Notes: a model not told the origin generated them from the letters alone. A stretch of DNA of 63,343 bases, filler included, from Octopus bimaculoides (GCF_001194135.2; 6 parts of 5 records of this genome joined end to end with filler, not necessarily neighbours in it); one strand, 5' to 3'. Counted from the whole stretch's first letter, positions 27,126 to 42,236 are shown. Program-made: numbers and translations.

Positions 27126-28204
27126 TCATACATATGTACATACACACACACATATATATATGCACGCCAATATATATATCTATAATATCTATCCATATTT
27201 GTCTCACTCCCTCTCTTTTTTCCCTCTTTCTATATGTGTGTGTGTGTAAACATGTACATATATATATATACATATATATAAATATATATGTATACATTTA
27301 TATATGTGTGTGTATGTATGTATGCATGGATGTATGTCTGTATATATACATATATGTATATATATATATTCATCTGTAATGTCTCATATCTATTCGTAAT
27401 CCTTCCGTTGACGTTTCTATATTTATACATATTCCCTTTGCGGGAATACATTTTATATTAGAAATTCTTTAAGATCGCACGCACATTTGATTTCCTACTT
27501 TAATTTAATAAAATTAATTTACCTAACATTTTATTTTTGTCGCATTATCTTCACTTGAATTTTACAAGAATGATTAAATCTATATAAACAAATGCATGCA
27601 TATCTGTATCTGCGTGTTTCTGCTTGAATTTGTACACACAATCATACAAATTTATCTACCTACACGTACGTCTATATATATATGTGTGCCTGTAATAATC
27701 ACCATCACACGAAAGCCTATATTAATATATTTTCCCAGCAATTTAATTGCATGCTTACTTAATTCTAATATTTTTAATCATCCAACGTTTTTCTATGTAA
27801 AATGCAATACTTGTTACGGATTTATTGCGTGTCTTTCCGAGTCGTTGCTTTTGCCTAATGTCACCGCTCACCCTCTTACGATATTACCACTTCATAAAAC
27901 ATGCTTTATTTTTGTGTTTGTGTTCTTAAAATTTTTTTTTCATCGGATCAACTATCTTTCAGGTTCACGTCTATTTCTCTCAGTAGTACTTTCATAATAA
28001 TTTTTGATAATTTTCTAGTAGTATATCCTCATGTTTCGTGATATACTGCTCATTATCAAATCTATGACTTCAACATCGTGGAAATGATAAATTTAGAGTC
28101 AGGTTTAATGAAGGTTTTAGATTAAGACGAATAAAATACTTTGTATTAAATTGCTTCATTTCACTTTCTTGCTCGTTACGTTGTTCGGAGAAACACTACG
28201 ACAT

Positions 28205-28248
<44 letters not shown>

Positions 28249-31095
28249 AAGCACATACGAGACTAGAAGTAGTTAATTTAACGTGTACCTAACTTAAAAC
28301 ATAAATCGCGTTGATTTGCTGGACTAAACGAAATACTTCAGTACAATGCTCCTGCATGGCCATCGTACGATGATTGAATCGCATTAAATAATATATTTTA
28401 ATGGATCGCAGTTCGAAAAGTAATCCTGTCGTTTATATTGAAAACTAACATAATTCTCTACACAATGTTCGGTGTTTTATTAAAATCCCAATTCCGTAAG
28501 ATCAAGAGTAGAATCTTCCAGAATTCCAAGCATTTCAAAAAAAAAAAAAAAAAAGAGAGAGAAAATATAGTATTGCTGTTTTGGAAATTGTTTCTAATTT
28601 CATATTTTATTGTTTGTTAAGACCAGAAGGAATTTATTTTCTAAATATTTGGAATGCTAATGAAATAAAAGAAAGACAGAATAGAAGAAAATGTGTTATA
28701 TTCGAGAAACGTGTATAACAATAGTGATTGATGAAACAAATGCACAAAAAAAAAAAAAACAATGAATGCACAAAAAGAATGGAGAGGTAAACTGAAAAGA
28801 AAAGAATTATTTTAAAGAAAAAAATACGACAGTTATTCCTCGTAAAGGAGAAGCTAATTAAAAATCTTAAAAGGAATTCATGGAAATACTTCGGGGACAT
28901 AATTGTCTTCAATGAATGCTCAGAAGGGAAATGTTTCCTTCGAAGAAATTTTCTTAAGAGCAAAATAATAATAGTAGAATGAGTGAAAGTTTGAATTTCT
29001 AAAGGAAATAATACTTTTCGCTATAGAGTTGGATTCTGGTAATTTATCAGAAGCTTTTTTTTTATTTTTATATTATTCTTATTTATCTATTTTTGTTTTG
29101 ATTAGTTCAATAATGAAATGATAAATAATTATAAATAAAAGATGAAAGATAGATAATACAATATAATCAAGACATTTAAACAACTGACCCATTTTCTTAA
29201 ATGAATTTGATTTATAGAGAAAAACAGATAGAACGAGGGAGAGAGAGAGGTAAAGAGATGTCAAAATAGTGTACTTATTAGGCGACGATCTGTACTTTTG
29301 AAGAACGTGTTTTTTTTTTCTTGCTACAAAACTGATTTGCGTTGGATACATTCTGTAAAACACTATATTTATTTATAGTGTTAAAAGTTTGATGTTCCTA
29401 TTTTCACATCATTGCTATGGGAAATAAATAACGTAATTGCATAAGTTCCAGATGAGAATTACACCTGGAATCTTGTAAAAATTCTTGAAAACTTACTGCA
29501 GCTTTATTACGTACATGTTGTGTAAATAAGGAATGGAAGACTTTATTAAATTTCAAAAGGAAAACTTGAATAAATCTATAAGTATAAGTAGCTTATCAAC
29601 TTACACTTAAAAATTGTACTAACTTATTTTACTTGAAAACAATAGGGCAATTACAATCGTGTGGTGTGATGTATATGTTCCTTTGTTTAATACTAGTAAT
29701 AATTATTCACGTTGTTGTTCCTCATGTTGTTGTATCACTTTATCCAATAAAGCTGCTGTCATCCATCTTCCATTTCTTTTTGGCTTTTGTTCTATTCTAA
29801 CTCGCATCATTCTTAAAAATACAATTCTAACATGTAAATATATATCAATTTTTTTGTTTTTTGCTTGTAACTTTTGAGAACATTTCATCATTTTTGGCGA
29901 CTGCTATTAAACATTCTTTTTTGAGCTGGGAAAAATTTAAAGGTACTTATCCTCTAAAGACTGGCTAACAGGCTATGAGGTAAACCAGGAGATTCTGGAA
30001 ATTTTTCCTAGGCCCCAGAAAAAAGAAGTTATATACATTTATTTAGTTTCCACAGCAATTGTGATTTATAAGTTGTAGTATATCTAAAATAATTCATCTT
30101 CTGAAAACACGACCTCCCAAACATATGCTCATATATATATATATANNNNNNNNNNNNNNNNNNNNNNNNNNNNNNNNNNNNNNNNNNNNNNNNNNNNNNN
30201 NNNNNNNNNNNNNNNNNNNNNNTATATATAGGAAATGAAAACCCAATGTACTAATATTAAAGCACACACACACAAACAAACACGCACACACACACATACA
30301 AAGACATAATAGTAATTCATTGCAATCGGGCCAGAAACCATTGTTATCGGGCCAGGAAGTGGACATGTAGCATTTCTATTACGCGTTTTTAAAAAATATG
30401 TTTTAAATGCTCTTTTATTTCGTTCTGGCATTGTACGTTTGAATAGGGCAGAAGGGTAAGTATGTTAAAAAGATCTTTAACACTGAAAAGAGTAATTGAA
30501 AAAAAGAAGAGAAGGTGATATGGCAAGGTTTATACTGAATAATGAAAAAAAAAATTCTATTCTTATTCAAATGAAAGAAATATAAAGAAAAATAGAAAAA
30601 ATATAATGAAACAGAAAAATAAAGATAATATGATTGAGATAGATCACTTCAAAGTTTCTGGTGATAATACAACTGAATATTCATTGACATGTCCAATGAC
30701 AATATATGAATACAATCAATGGAAGATGGAACTCCATATGGAGTAATTTTAAACTATGGAAGACATTGTGAATAAGAATATTCGAGAACATATATATAAA
30801 AATATGGAGGTGGAAGATTCAGAGAAGTAATGGACACTAAGTCTTACAATGAGTTAATTTTATTTCTGTAGGTTTTGAGTTCAAATAGTTCCGGGTGGTA
30901 ATGACGGTATTGGTGGTGGAGTGGTGTGGTTGGCAACTTTCAATATAATATTTCATGTGTTGAATAATTTATAAGTACATGCCTAATACTCATGCTTTTA
31001 TTAGTATTGATATATTGCGTTCAAATCACACCAGGAGTAAGCTTAAAATATATTATTTAATGTCCCGGTGTGTGTGTGTGTGTGTGCATATACAC

Positions 31096-31199
<104 letters not shown>

Positions 31200-31429
31200 G
31201 TGTGTGTGTATTATATTTATACATATATGTGTGTGTGTTGCGTGCGTGGGAGTGTGTGCAGACCATTCTCGTTCATTCCTTTACACATACTAAATGAAGT
31301 AAACTCACAAACGAAATTGCTACATGATGCCTTGTCTGATGAAAATTGATGCGATCCGCGACAGACTTAACTCCCTAACAAAAAATATTCTAGTTTGATA
31401 CTAATTGTCTCTGAGGATGGTGTTGTTGT

Positions 31430-31497
31430 TGATGATGATAATTATGATGATGATGATGATGATGATTACGATGATGATGATTACGATGATGATGATT

Positions 31498-31562
<65 letters not shown>
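31430..31562. repeat. (GAT)n microsatellite
   Basis: Directly visible; gives the poly-D/M/I ORFs. Confidence 0.95.
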
Positions 31563-31563
<1 letters not shown>

Positions 31564-32754
31564 TGTCTGCTTTTAGATTTTACGTTGTAACTACTTATTG
31601 AATCATACACAACTTTGATTATTGTATATAAACTTCCTCTTCATTTGCAAGAACTTCTGCAGATTTTTCCTACGACGAAGGCGTTTAGTGGTACTTGCTT
31701 AAGGACAGAGCCCAATTAATAAATCAATATGCGTTACTTCAAAACAATTGGTCCGCTCTCAGGTAATTTTCTTTATTTATGTATTTGTATAGCTATGAAT
31801 GTATTTCGACCATTTACAATACTATAATGGAATAATAACATGAAATCAAAGCTATGGCAAATAATGGCAAGAATATACCTTCTTCAAGTCATAATGACAA
31901 ATATCTGAAGCAGGCTTTCATTTCAACTCTGTTTCTTCGAGAATCTAACTTCAAACTAGTTGTTTCCATAAATATGTTCTGGAAAATTGCGATCTTTAAA
32001 ATATATTTATTTAAACATTTCCTTTCGTCTTCTCTTTGGCATAACCATTTATTTGATAAGAATTTCGCTATATAATATCTACTTTAAATGTAGTGTTGAA
32101 AACCAAAGTATTTCACAGGCATGGCATAATAATACTTAAAACTTTGCAGAATCTCTCCTATGATGTTAACACATCTTATCGATAATATGAATCATTGATA
32201 TAATTTAGCCAACAGCTATAAGTGTATCTAATTTATCTGGCTTCAATGAATAAGAGAGAAGTTTCTTTTGAGATTTGTTATTGAAATGATGTATTTAATA
32301 TCCCCTATGGGAGAAAATCAGAATTGCTATCACACATCCCGAAACAATCTTGCTGCTACATTTATATACCGTATTGGGCTGCATCAAACATTTCTAGTAA
32401 CTGTCTGACATTCAGAATCACAAATAGTTAAGTTGTTAAGTGTAAAAACACTCCTGGCTCAGACACTCAAATTACCGAAGTAGGTATTTTGGATAATGAA
32501 TCTGCTCGCATAGCTACCAGATCACCATTGGTAACTTACAATAATGTAACAACATGTTTCTTTGCTTTAAGGCAAAATACGACGATTGTAATTAAAGAGT
32601 AATTGTGCATAAGCTTGCTCTATCAAAGTTGACTTCTGGCTAAACAACAAGAGAATGTTAGTAAACTACGCACTAAAAAAATTATACATTATCAAAATGA
32701 CTGACCGTTCTGCATTGTTAATTCGTAACTATGTGAATGAAGTCTACAAGATTA

Positions 32755-33501
32755 AATTGTCTGCGATTCACTTCGGATCTCGACATCGGCGTTAAAACGG
32801 TGACATTTGAGCTGCATTTTCATCTTGGGGAAGAAATGGAAGTCTCCAGGAACTGAATATGATAAATAGGGAGGGTGTGGAAGCGATACCATGTTGGTTT
32901 TTTGGCAAGAAGCAGACGGGTGAGGAGAGCTCGGTGGTAGGGTGCATTGTCGTCATGAAGAATCCAACATTTCGCACTCCACAGATCCGGTTGCTTTTGC
33001 GGAATGTCCACCACCAAATGCTTCAAAATGTCATTGATTGTCTTCTGAAAATCTTCATGTAGACGCTGATGAACTTTTCTCCACATTTCCAGGGGCATGC
33101 TCGCGATAGGTCTTCCGGGTCACTCATCGTCTTCCAGGGACGTTCTTTCGATTTTGAACCTCCTATGTCACTCGAAATATTGTGTACGACCCATTACCTC
33201 ATCACCGTCAGCTTACAGAAGCAGGCTCAATGCCTCCGTAGCAGACTTCACATGTTAAATGCAAAATATCATGTTGGCTCTTTCATTCAACTTTCTGTAC
33301 GTACCAAAGATCGCAGACTACAACATACACGGGATGACAAAAAACAACAATTTCACAACATGCGAAGGAACCTCAGCGATGCCTCTCCACACACACTGAC
33401 TCATGATGGTCACTTCTAGCTTTCACTAAGCACGACCCGTGTGCTGCCATCTGTCGACGTTCTATAGAACTAGTTCGAGAACTTTTGGATACCACTTCGT
33501 A
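32755..33501 (-). mobile_element. Defective mariner-family transposon (one TIR plus transposase fragments)
   Basis: Minus strand WILHDDNAPYHRAL (cf. WxLHHDNAPxH) and MQLKCHRF (cf. LKGRRF); end TA-cgaagtggtatccaaaagttctcg at ~33501; internally deleted, 3' TIR not found. Confidence 0.8.
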
Positions 33502-34320
33502 CAACAAGAAAACGTTTACTGGGTTGTATGTAATGAGCACTTCATAAACACACAGCTCTATCAGCATCCATAAAATAACGGAACCATTAATACATTCAAA
33601 ACTCTGCAAACTTCAAAACTTTAAATTTTGTGCCAATTTGTCTGCGCCAAGAATTGTCTACTAAAAGCTAAAATATTAACGATGGAACTTTCGCTAAGAT
33701 AATTTAATTTGTAAATGTCAAATAATTATTTCACTATGGACATTTATTTCGTAATTAGAAATAGTACAGCAATCAATAATTTTCTGCTACGAATTTGTGT
33801 CTATGAACAGTATTTCATTAAATATATATATTTTTAAACTACTATTTTTTTCATTTTTTGTCTTCATTAATATGCTTTTTTTGACGGCTTTCATTTTGAT
33901 ATGAAAAAGTTAAGCAACAATACTTGAAGATCAGTGAGTAGCCATGATTACATGAACGTTATCTATGTTACTGGTGTTTTACCTTTGATCAAACCTGATA
34001 AAGCAGGTCTATGACGAAAAGCTTTCATGTCGTGATTGTCTGGTCTTTTTATGTTTACTTCAGACTATATATTTCAATGGCATTTCTTTATTGACAAGTG
34101 GCGTGTGGACTTTGTGTGAGTTCTTGCTGCTGTTTCTGGTCAGAGAAACCATTTAAGGAACTTTTGTGAGATAATTCTCTCATCTTTCTAATGGAATAGA
34201 GAGAAGAATATACCTAAGTCACAACTTTCTCGAGGACATAAAATGAATGAATGAAATATAGGCATAGCTGCACGTAAATGCCCATACATGTATGTAAATA
34301 TATAATTGTATAGATATATG

Positions 34321-34360
<40 letters not shown>

Positions 34361-35075
34361 CGTATGCGTATGTGTACGTGTTTACATAATACATAAATAT
34401 ACACACATACGCGCGAACACAAACAGACATATTTCGTGCATGCAACTCATATATAAATATACATCGTAACAAGTGCCCACATGCTGTATTCCTAACAACT
34501 AACATTCAAAACACATTAATGACACAAGCTAGATACCAGCTTCAACACTCACAACTCCATCAGATTTAAGTCTCATCAGAATTCAACATCTCCCAACTCT
34601 TGAGAATACAATAAATGACAACACAGGTTCATGACTGTTATTATTTATACATCCGTAGCCATTGTAATTCCGGAAAATTATTTACAGAAAATTAAGAAAA
34701 GAATACAACCAAAATATTTTTTGAAACATATTTATTTTGACTTCGTAGTGAATTAAATTGCAACCTAATTAATATTTTTGTTATTCATATTGATATTCCC
34801 AAAATAGAACATATGTCAGAAGGTTGAAAATGAAATATTCTGAGTTTGATAATAACTGAAGTATTTAGCATTTGTATGTTTTCCGGAAGTTGTCTTGTTT
34901 GAAGTGAATAATTATTAAATTGCTTCCTATTAGTCAATGTGAAACATTATATGTGCGAACCATAAATCATGTCAGTCTATCTTCCAAACACAATGCTACG
35001 CACACCCAAACACGCGCGAGCATACATACACATACACACACACACACATACATACACACACATACACACGCACAT

Positions 35076-35122
<47 letters not shown>

Positions 35123-35530
35123 CATACATACAGTTACATGCATGCCTGGCCGAGTGGGTAAGTACATAGCTTCCTACAGTCACATACTGAAATAGGCGCC
35201 CAGTGAGACTTACGTGTAAATAAGGTTTCAGATTTTGGCAAAAGGTCAAGTTCTCACTTCCCGCGAATTAAATTTCTACACGTATGAGCCCTATCACGAT
35301 GTCTTCGAAACTATGATACTTTTAATTGATCTCACGTGACCTGTGTCCGATCAACAAAATCTCTGTGAGTGTAATTTAGCAAAGGAGAAACTTGGCGAAG
35401 GCCGGCTGAAGGCAGCTGTCCTTCTTCTCTAGCTTTCCGAAGATACAACGCCGTTCCCAAAATTTTTTGAATAACTGTAGGCTATATATGTAGCCTCAGA
35501 AATTGTCCCTTCTTTCTGATAATAAATAAA

Positions 35531-35970
35531 CGCAGGAATGGTGGTACATGTGATTAAGAAGGTTGCTTTGCAATGACGCATATCGGATTCAGTCCAACTG
35601 CGTAGCATCTTGCTCCGAACTAGCCATAGCTTGTCACTGTATTTCCTAGGTACAGACTGTATCAGAATCGCTCAAGCTCTCACACACAAATATAAACGCA
35701 CCGACGCGCGCATACACATACAAACATACACACAAAAATATTTGCATATGTCTTCGTGTGTGTGTTTCTGATTCTATATTTATCACACACTCATACACCA
35801 CTACCACTTGACAGTCGCAGCTGGGTTTTTTATATCCTCGTAAATTAGCAGTCTGGCAGAAGTGATCAATATTATATGTAACAGACTTAAGATATTAGAA
35901 CAAAATTAGTGCTGAGATCGATTTGTTGGACAATATTCCTTCAAAGCAGTGCCCCACTGAGCGAATCAAT
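35531..35970 (+). mobile_element. Decayed SINE C-like head and SINE B-like fragments
   Basis: ggattcagtccaactgcgtagcatcttg (35.6 kb) and ccacttgacagtcg...cgatttgttggac...aaagcagtgcccca (35.8-35.96 kb). Confidence 0.4.
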
Positions 35971-36816
35971 AAAAAGATAGGGGATAAAGAACTTTAAAAT
36001 ATTCATACATTCTTTCAAACAAACCAAAAGGAACAACAACGAAAATATTTAAGAATGTATGTTTCATCCGAAACGAAATGTCTAGCATTAGCCCCAATGA
36101 CTTAATATATATTCTATATTTAAGTTAGTAAATTAGCCAAATTCTACTTAAATAAGTATAGTGTTTTTTTGTAAACTATAATAAAGTAAGTTTTAATATT
36201 CAAATTTTAATTTTCGCTGCAATATTTTAAGTAAAACGTTTCTTATTCTTTACTTTACTAGAAGTAATAGCTAGCCCTGTACTTTTACAGTTGTAATAAC
36301 TTGTCCTGTATTTTCCAGGTTTATAATCTTAAGAATATGACTTTTCATGCTCGCATTTTTCCATGTAATCCATGATTTTTCCAGGCATTGCTGTTATAAG
36401 ATAATTAATAATGTGTCAATTATTAATTGAAGATTTTATCTTATAAAATACCGAAAGATAATATATCAATTTTTCCATGTAAGTGATGATAATATTTCAA
36501 ATTTTTCGCGTTTAATTAAAATATATGTTGTGATTGAATTATTTAGTATAACCCATCCACTTAATATTAACGACAGGGAATTTTACCATGTTGTTGGTGG
36601 CACCATGGCTCATCAAAAGTTAAAAGACCCCAAAACTATCAGCTATCAGGAAGAAAATAATCTACTTTATATGTGAAATTTAATTATTAAGTGACCTGTT
36701 ATTATATGTACGCTTTTCTAAAACCACAAATTTGTCATCAAATAGTTTATGCCCCAAATATGTATATGTGTATATCTTTTTGAACATGTGCACGTTTGAG
36801 AGTGTGTATGTGTGTG

Positions 36817-36864
<48 letters not shown>

Positions 36865-37842
36865 TATGTTTATGTATGTAATTGAGGTAACTAGCCGGCC
36901 TGTCACTCTATATATATTTATGTTCATACATTCACATGCTAAACTGCAATATCGTGTTATTAAATATTATGCTACTGAATATAAATATGTATATCTATTT
37001 CCTCCTGATGGTGGTGGTGGTGGTGGTGGCGGTGGAGATTGCTGTGGGGTTGCTAGGGACAGTGGTGTTAGTGTTGTTGTTGATGTTGGTGTTGGTGTTG
37101 TTGGTGGTGGTAGTGATGGTGAGGACGTGTGAGCAAACAGGTATTTATTGATGGAGAGAAGAGCGAGACATTTAAAACTCAATAGATAATCATTATCACA
37201 CCGTTCTTAAACCTGAACAGTTACAAGATTTCGGAGGAAAATAATATATCGGAGAAGCAAGAAATTGCACAGTGATCAACAACTACAACCTACCGTCATA
37301 AATGCAACACTGTCATCAACAACAATGATATAGCATCATCAGTGCCAACAACACCATACAACATTTATCTTTAGTTTTAACCAACAAAATTTTAAACTTT
37401 TTTTTATACGGTGTAATGTATTTTTAGTTTGTTTTATTTTTTTCTTTCTGCAGTTGTTAGACGTAAATATGATAAACAAATATTGCGAAATACAATGTGT
37501 TAGTCATTCGATAAATCTTAACTGAGAAATTTATATTTATTCAGAAAGTTCTTTTTGTTTCTATATTGCGTAAATTCAAAATATAAATTAAAAATGTATA
37601 AATCACGCCATTTCGCACTTAATCTATTTACATCTTTGCATCATATACACGTTACACTCATACATTATTTTAGACGGTTTAGGTTTTATGAGGATTATGC
37701 TGTGTAATTCCCTGTAATAATATTGTTAAATAACACCACAATATACTAATGAAATATTTATATAAATCAAATTAATAATTTTAAGTCAGAAAAGGGAAAT
37801 GAACTTTTTACAGTAACTGACAGTATTTATAAATTGACTGCT

Positions 37843-38555
37843 TGGTAAACTATCAATGACATGTCAACCATTGAATTATCATAAAATGTTATTTGTATTG
37901 TCTAACTGTATTGATCTGTAAATCATATTAATTAATTGTAAACCCCTGTAATATTATGACTTATGAATGACTTTCTATCATTTCTATAACGTACAATGAC
38001 AGTCTGAAGTGGTTGACTCTATGCTGCTTACCTACTTCAATTTAGGTGCTTCCACGTCGGGTAACGCATGAAAGCGGTCAAAGTACGTCAGTACACTAAA
38101 GGATCGGACAGAATCCTTCCTCTCCGTCGTCCCATCGTAGCTTTACCAGCTGAAGGTTTCTGTCAATCATCTAGCGCCGGCTCATCTTGGAACGACCTTG
38201 CACTGTTGCCGCGTGGGTTCCATTTAAGTCTCGATCTGTTCATCGAAGAACCGTGTGATGTGCCTCAGTCAACTCACTCGGCGCTTGCAGATGTTGATAG
38301 ACACAAGGCACTGGTCTGCTCGACTTCTCACTTATATATATATAGGAAGCACCTAAATTGAAGTAGGTAAACGGCATAGAGTCAACCACTTCAGGCTGTC
38401 ATTGTACGTTATAGAAATGATAGAAAGTCATTCATAAGTCATAATATTACAGGGGTTTACAATTAATTAATATGATTTACAGATCAATACTGTTAGACAA
38501 TACAAATAACATTTTATGATAATTCAATGGTTGAAATGTCATTGATAGTTTACCA
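37843..38555. repeat. 211-bp inverted repeat with 291-bp spacer
   Basis: Arms 37843-38053 and 38345-38555; about 5 mismatches counted by eye. Confidence 0.95.
38054..38335 (-). mobile_element. Possible RTE-like LINE tail in the inverted-repeat spacer
   Basis: Minus frame KRRVS*LRHITRFFDEQIET*MEPTRQQCKVVPR*AGAR resembles RRLRWLGHxxR...W.P..R; spacer is GC-richer than the arms. Confidence 0.35.
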
Positions 38556-38845
38556 TTGATAGTTTTACATTGATAGTTTATATACCCACCACCCACCCCT
38601 ACCCACATACCCCACCCTACCCACATACCCCTACCTCTNNNNNNNNNNNNNNNNNNNNNNNNNNNNNNNNNNNNNNNNNNNNTTAATTAATTAANNNNNN
38701 NNNNNNNNNNNNNNNNNNNNNNNNNNNNNNNNNNNNNNTATATATATATATATATATATAGATATATATGTATATGCATATATATATATATATAGATATA
38801 TATGTATATGCATATATATATATATATAGATATATATGTATATGC

Positions 38846-38876
<31 letters not shown>

Positions 38877-39570
38877 AACATACATGCATATATACACAAA
38901 CGTAACTGTTTGCATTTGTATTTCTGCTATTGTAATTCAACACACACACACACACACACATCCATACACATGGACACATGCATACATCATCAATATTTAC
39001 GTAACAGCTGTCTTTTCTTTACTGCATTTTCCTTTACAATAAAATTAACGCTCCGCCTTCTCTACTCTTACTCTTGACACCAAATAACCATTATCCTAAA
39101 TTAAATATTGACTGAATCTCATGTATTTTACCCTGCAAAATCTTGCTGCACCCTGTTTCACCCTAAAAAGCAAACAAACAAAAGCCCCTTTTTTTGCACA
39201 CTATATGCTTCACACATTGTTAGTAACTGCAACTTTCTCCTGCATTTCAGAATACGCAGAATGTGAATTCGGTGAGCTACATGCATGTACATTTTTCATG
39301 CTTGACTAAAATTTTTAACTCTATGAGGTTATGATGGTGATGATGATGATGGCTTCATTGTATTTAGTATATTAGTGTTCTTAGTGTTTTTACTATAATC
39401 AATACCGTACTTATTTATTTATTCATTTATTTTACACCGTTACTGTAAAATATTTTACACCTTTACTGTAATCAACTAACTGCCTTCCCGCAAAATTTGC
39501 TGTCATTATGGTTTAATTATGAATAATTGCTATCATTAATATTTTTATTATTATTATTATTACTACTATT

Positions 39571-39934
39571 ATTGAGTGAGAGAGAAGTGCATGCCATCAA
39601 AGTGACACTGGGGTAGAATATACGAAGCCCAGTATACCCATCATGACTACCTGTCTGATAAGGGTACACCAGGCACATGCATCACAACCATGTGTGCACG
39701 ACATAGTGGTCTCATATCAAGATAAACAGCGCATGACCTCGCAGGTGAGGCCCAGTTAGAATTTTCTTCAGGTCGACTAGTCCATCCCGCTCAAAAGGTC
39801 TCTGAATAAGGTTTGTTTAAGGATGTTGAGCGAAACACCCATGTTTCCAAAGGTGAATTATTCAAACCTTAAAGAATTCCTCTTAACACATGGCTATGAT
39901 GCTCCCCCACTACTTCTGCTCATGATCAGAGATG
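39571..39934 (-). mobile_element. Element F copy, (ATT)n-flanked, runs into a gap
   Basis: Reverse-complement match to 60753-61365. Confidence 0.85.
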
Positions 39935-40103
39935 NNNNNNNNNNNNNNNNNNNNNNNNNNNNNNNNNNNNNNNNNNNNNNNNNNNNNNNNNNNNNNNNNN
40001 NNNNNNNNNNNNNNNNNNNNNNNNNNNNNNNNNNNNNNNNNNNNNNNNNNNNNNNNNNNNNNNNNNNNNNNNNNNNNNNNNNNNNNNNNNNNNNNNNNNN
40101 NNN

Positions 40104-40145
<42 letters not shown>

Positions 40146-40151
40146 CATTGA

Positions 40152-40365
40152 GGCAGTGAGCTGGCAGAATTGTTAGCACGCTGGGCAAAATGCTTATTGG
40201 TATTTCGTCTGTCTTGACATTCTGAGTTCAAATTCCACCAAGGTTGACTTTGCTTTTCATCCTTTTGGTGGGTTGATAAATTAAGTACCAGTTGCGTACT
40301 GGTTCAATGCAATCAAATCATTCCCTTCCCCAAAAAATTGCTGGCCTTGTGCCAAAATTTGAAAT
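40152..40365 (+). mobile_element. SINE family A (CpG-decayed)
   Basis: ggcagtgagctggcagaattgttagcacgctgggcaaaatgc...ctgagttcaaattcc...aagtaccagttg. Confidence 0.85.
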
Positions 40366-40440
40366 CTTCCTCCTTCTCCTCATCATCATTATGATTTTTA
40401 TTATTATTATTGTTATTATTATTATTATTATTAATGTAGC

Positions 40441-40650
40441 AAGGTGCCAGAAACATTAGCATGCTGGACAAAATGCTTAGCAGCATTTTTACCGCCTTTA
40501 CGTTCTGTGTTCAAATTCCACCGATGTCGACCTTCATCCCTTTCGGGGGTAAATAAAATAAGTACCAGCTGTGCACTGAGGTCGATGTAATTGACTAACC
40601 TCCTCCTCCATAACATTTCAAGCCTTGTGTGCCTATAATAAAAAGGACTA
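40441..40650 (+). mobile_element. SINE family A
   Basis: gccagaaacattagcatgctggacaaaatgcttagc...gttcaaattccacc...ataagtaccagctg. Confidence 0.8.
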
Positions 40651-40654
40651 TTAC

Positions 40655-40688
<34 letters not shown>

Positions 40689-40903
40689 GTTATTATTATT
40701 ATTTCAATAGTCATTTTTTATTGCATGCTTTCAGTGCACAATCGAATTGCAAATTTGTGTGCAGTGTTTAGTAAGCTATTTTCTGTATATTATGTATATC
40801 CCTAAGAGTTCAGGTTAATGGTTTTTCTTTGCTTCTTGTTATAGTCACACCCCAGGCATGGATTGCTTCTATTTTCAAATTCCACATTCTGAGTATCTCT
40901 CTG

Positions 40904-40952
<49 letters not shown>

Positions 40953-40955
<3 letters not shown>

Positions 40956-41394
40956 GAGTAAGAGAGCAGTGCATACCATCAAAGTGACACTGGGGTAAAA
41001 TATACGAAGCCTGGTATACCCATCATCACTACCCGTCTGATAATGGTACACCAGGCACATGCATCACAACCATGTGTGCACAATATTATGATCTCATATC
41101 AAGATAAACAGCGCATGACCTTGCAGGTGGGACCCAGTTAGAATTTCCTTGAGGTTGAGTAGCCCATCCCGCTCAAAAGGTCCCTGAATAAGTGTGGTTT
41201 AAGGATGTTTCCAAAGGTAAATTATTCAAACCTTAAAGAATTCCTTTCAACACATGGCTATGATGCTTCCCCACTACTTCTGTTCGTGATCAGAGAGGCA
41301 CATATCGTCAGCTACTAAGGGACATGCTCAACTGGTTAAGGTGAAACAACTGACAAGCAAATCTGTGGTATTGAGCAGAATATTTGCTGCAGCC
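40953..41394 (-). mobile_element. Element F copy, truncated, preceded by (ATT)n
   Basis: Reverse-complement match to the 60753-61365 element, fused at 41395 to a SINE A 3' fragment. Confidence 0.85.
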
Positions 41395-41528
41395 AAAATA
41401 CTGGGGGTCAATGTAATCAATTGGTCCCCTCCCCCAAATTCCAGGCTTTCTGGATTATTAAAGGATTATTATTATTATCATTATCATTATTATTATCATT
41501 ATCATTATCATTAGCATCGTTGTCATCA

Positions 41529-41574
<46 letters not shown>

Positions 41575-42029
41575 CATTATCCTTATCGATATTATTTGTC
41601 TTGAAGGCATTTTAGTGGTTCATTCATTCACAATTGTCCCGTCTTGTTCTTTTCAATGGAGAATGCAAGAATGCATTATCTAGTTTTGCTTTTCAATATA
41701 TATTGCATGGCATTGCTCTTACCTTTATCTAGTATCATTATCATTATTATATTATTATTACTACTATTATTATTATTGTTATTATTTATTCATTTATTTT
41801 TTCTCTAGTGGGAGATTGTTTATTCGGGCATGTTTATTTATTTTTTTTTTTTTATTGTTTAGATTATTTTTAGTCGTTGATGTCCGTTATTTCTGGAAGA
41901 AACTCTATCTTTGCTCTTTATCATAATGTATGTCGTTGATGTATTTCATTTGAATAACCACCAATCAGCTCATCCAACTATATGTCTGTCAATGCTCATC
42001 TGAATACTGTTTCCTGTATTTACAGCCAT

Positions 42030-42236
42030 CTTGTATGCTTTTATCTTTTACTTGTTTCAGTCATTAGATTGCGCCCATGCTGGGGCACCACCTTGAAGAA
42101 TCAGGAATTGACCCTTGACCCTTGTACTCTTTTTTTTTGCTAAGTCTGGTACTAATTTTATTGGTCACTCTTGCTGAACTGCTAAGTTATGGGGGACACA
42201 AACACACTAACACCTGTTATGAAGCAGTGGTAGTGG

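Noticed and set aside
29703-29813. MMRVRIEQKPKRNGRWMTAALLDKVIQQ... as a terminal exon
   Set aside because: Also resembles the KxxWMTxxxL linker of RTE LINEs; cannot separate the two.
36967-37182. Pro/Thr-rich ORF
   Set aside because: Degenerate (GGT/GTT)n repeat without good splice sites.
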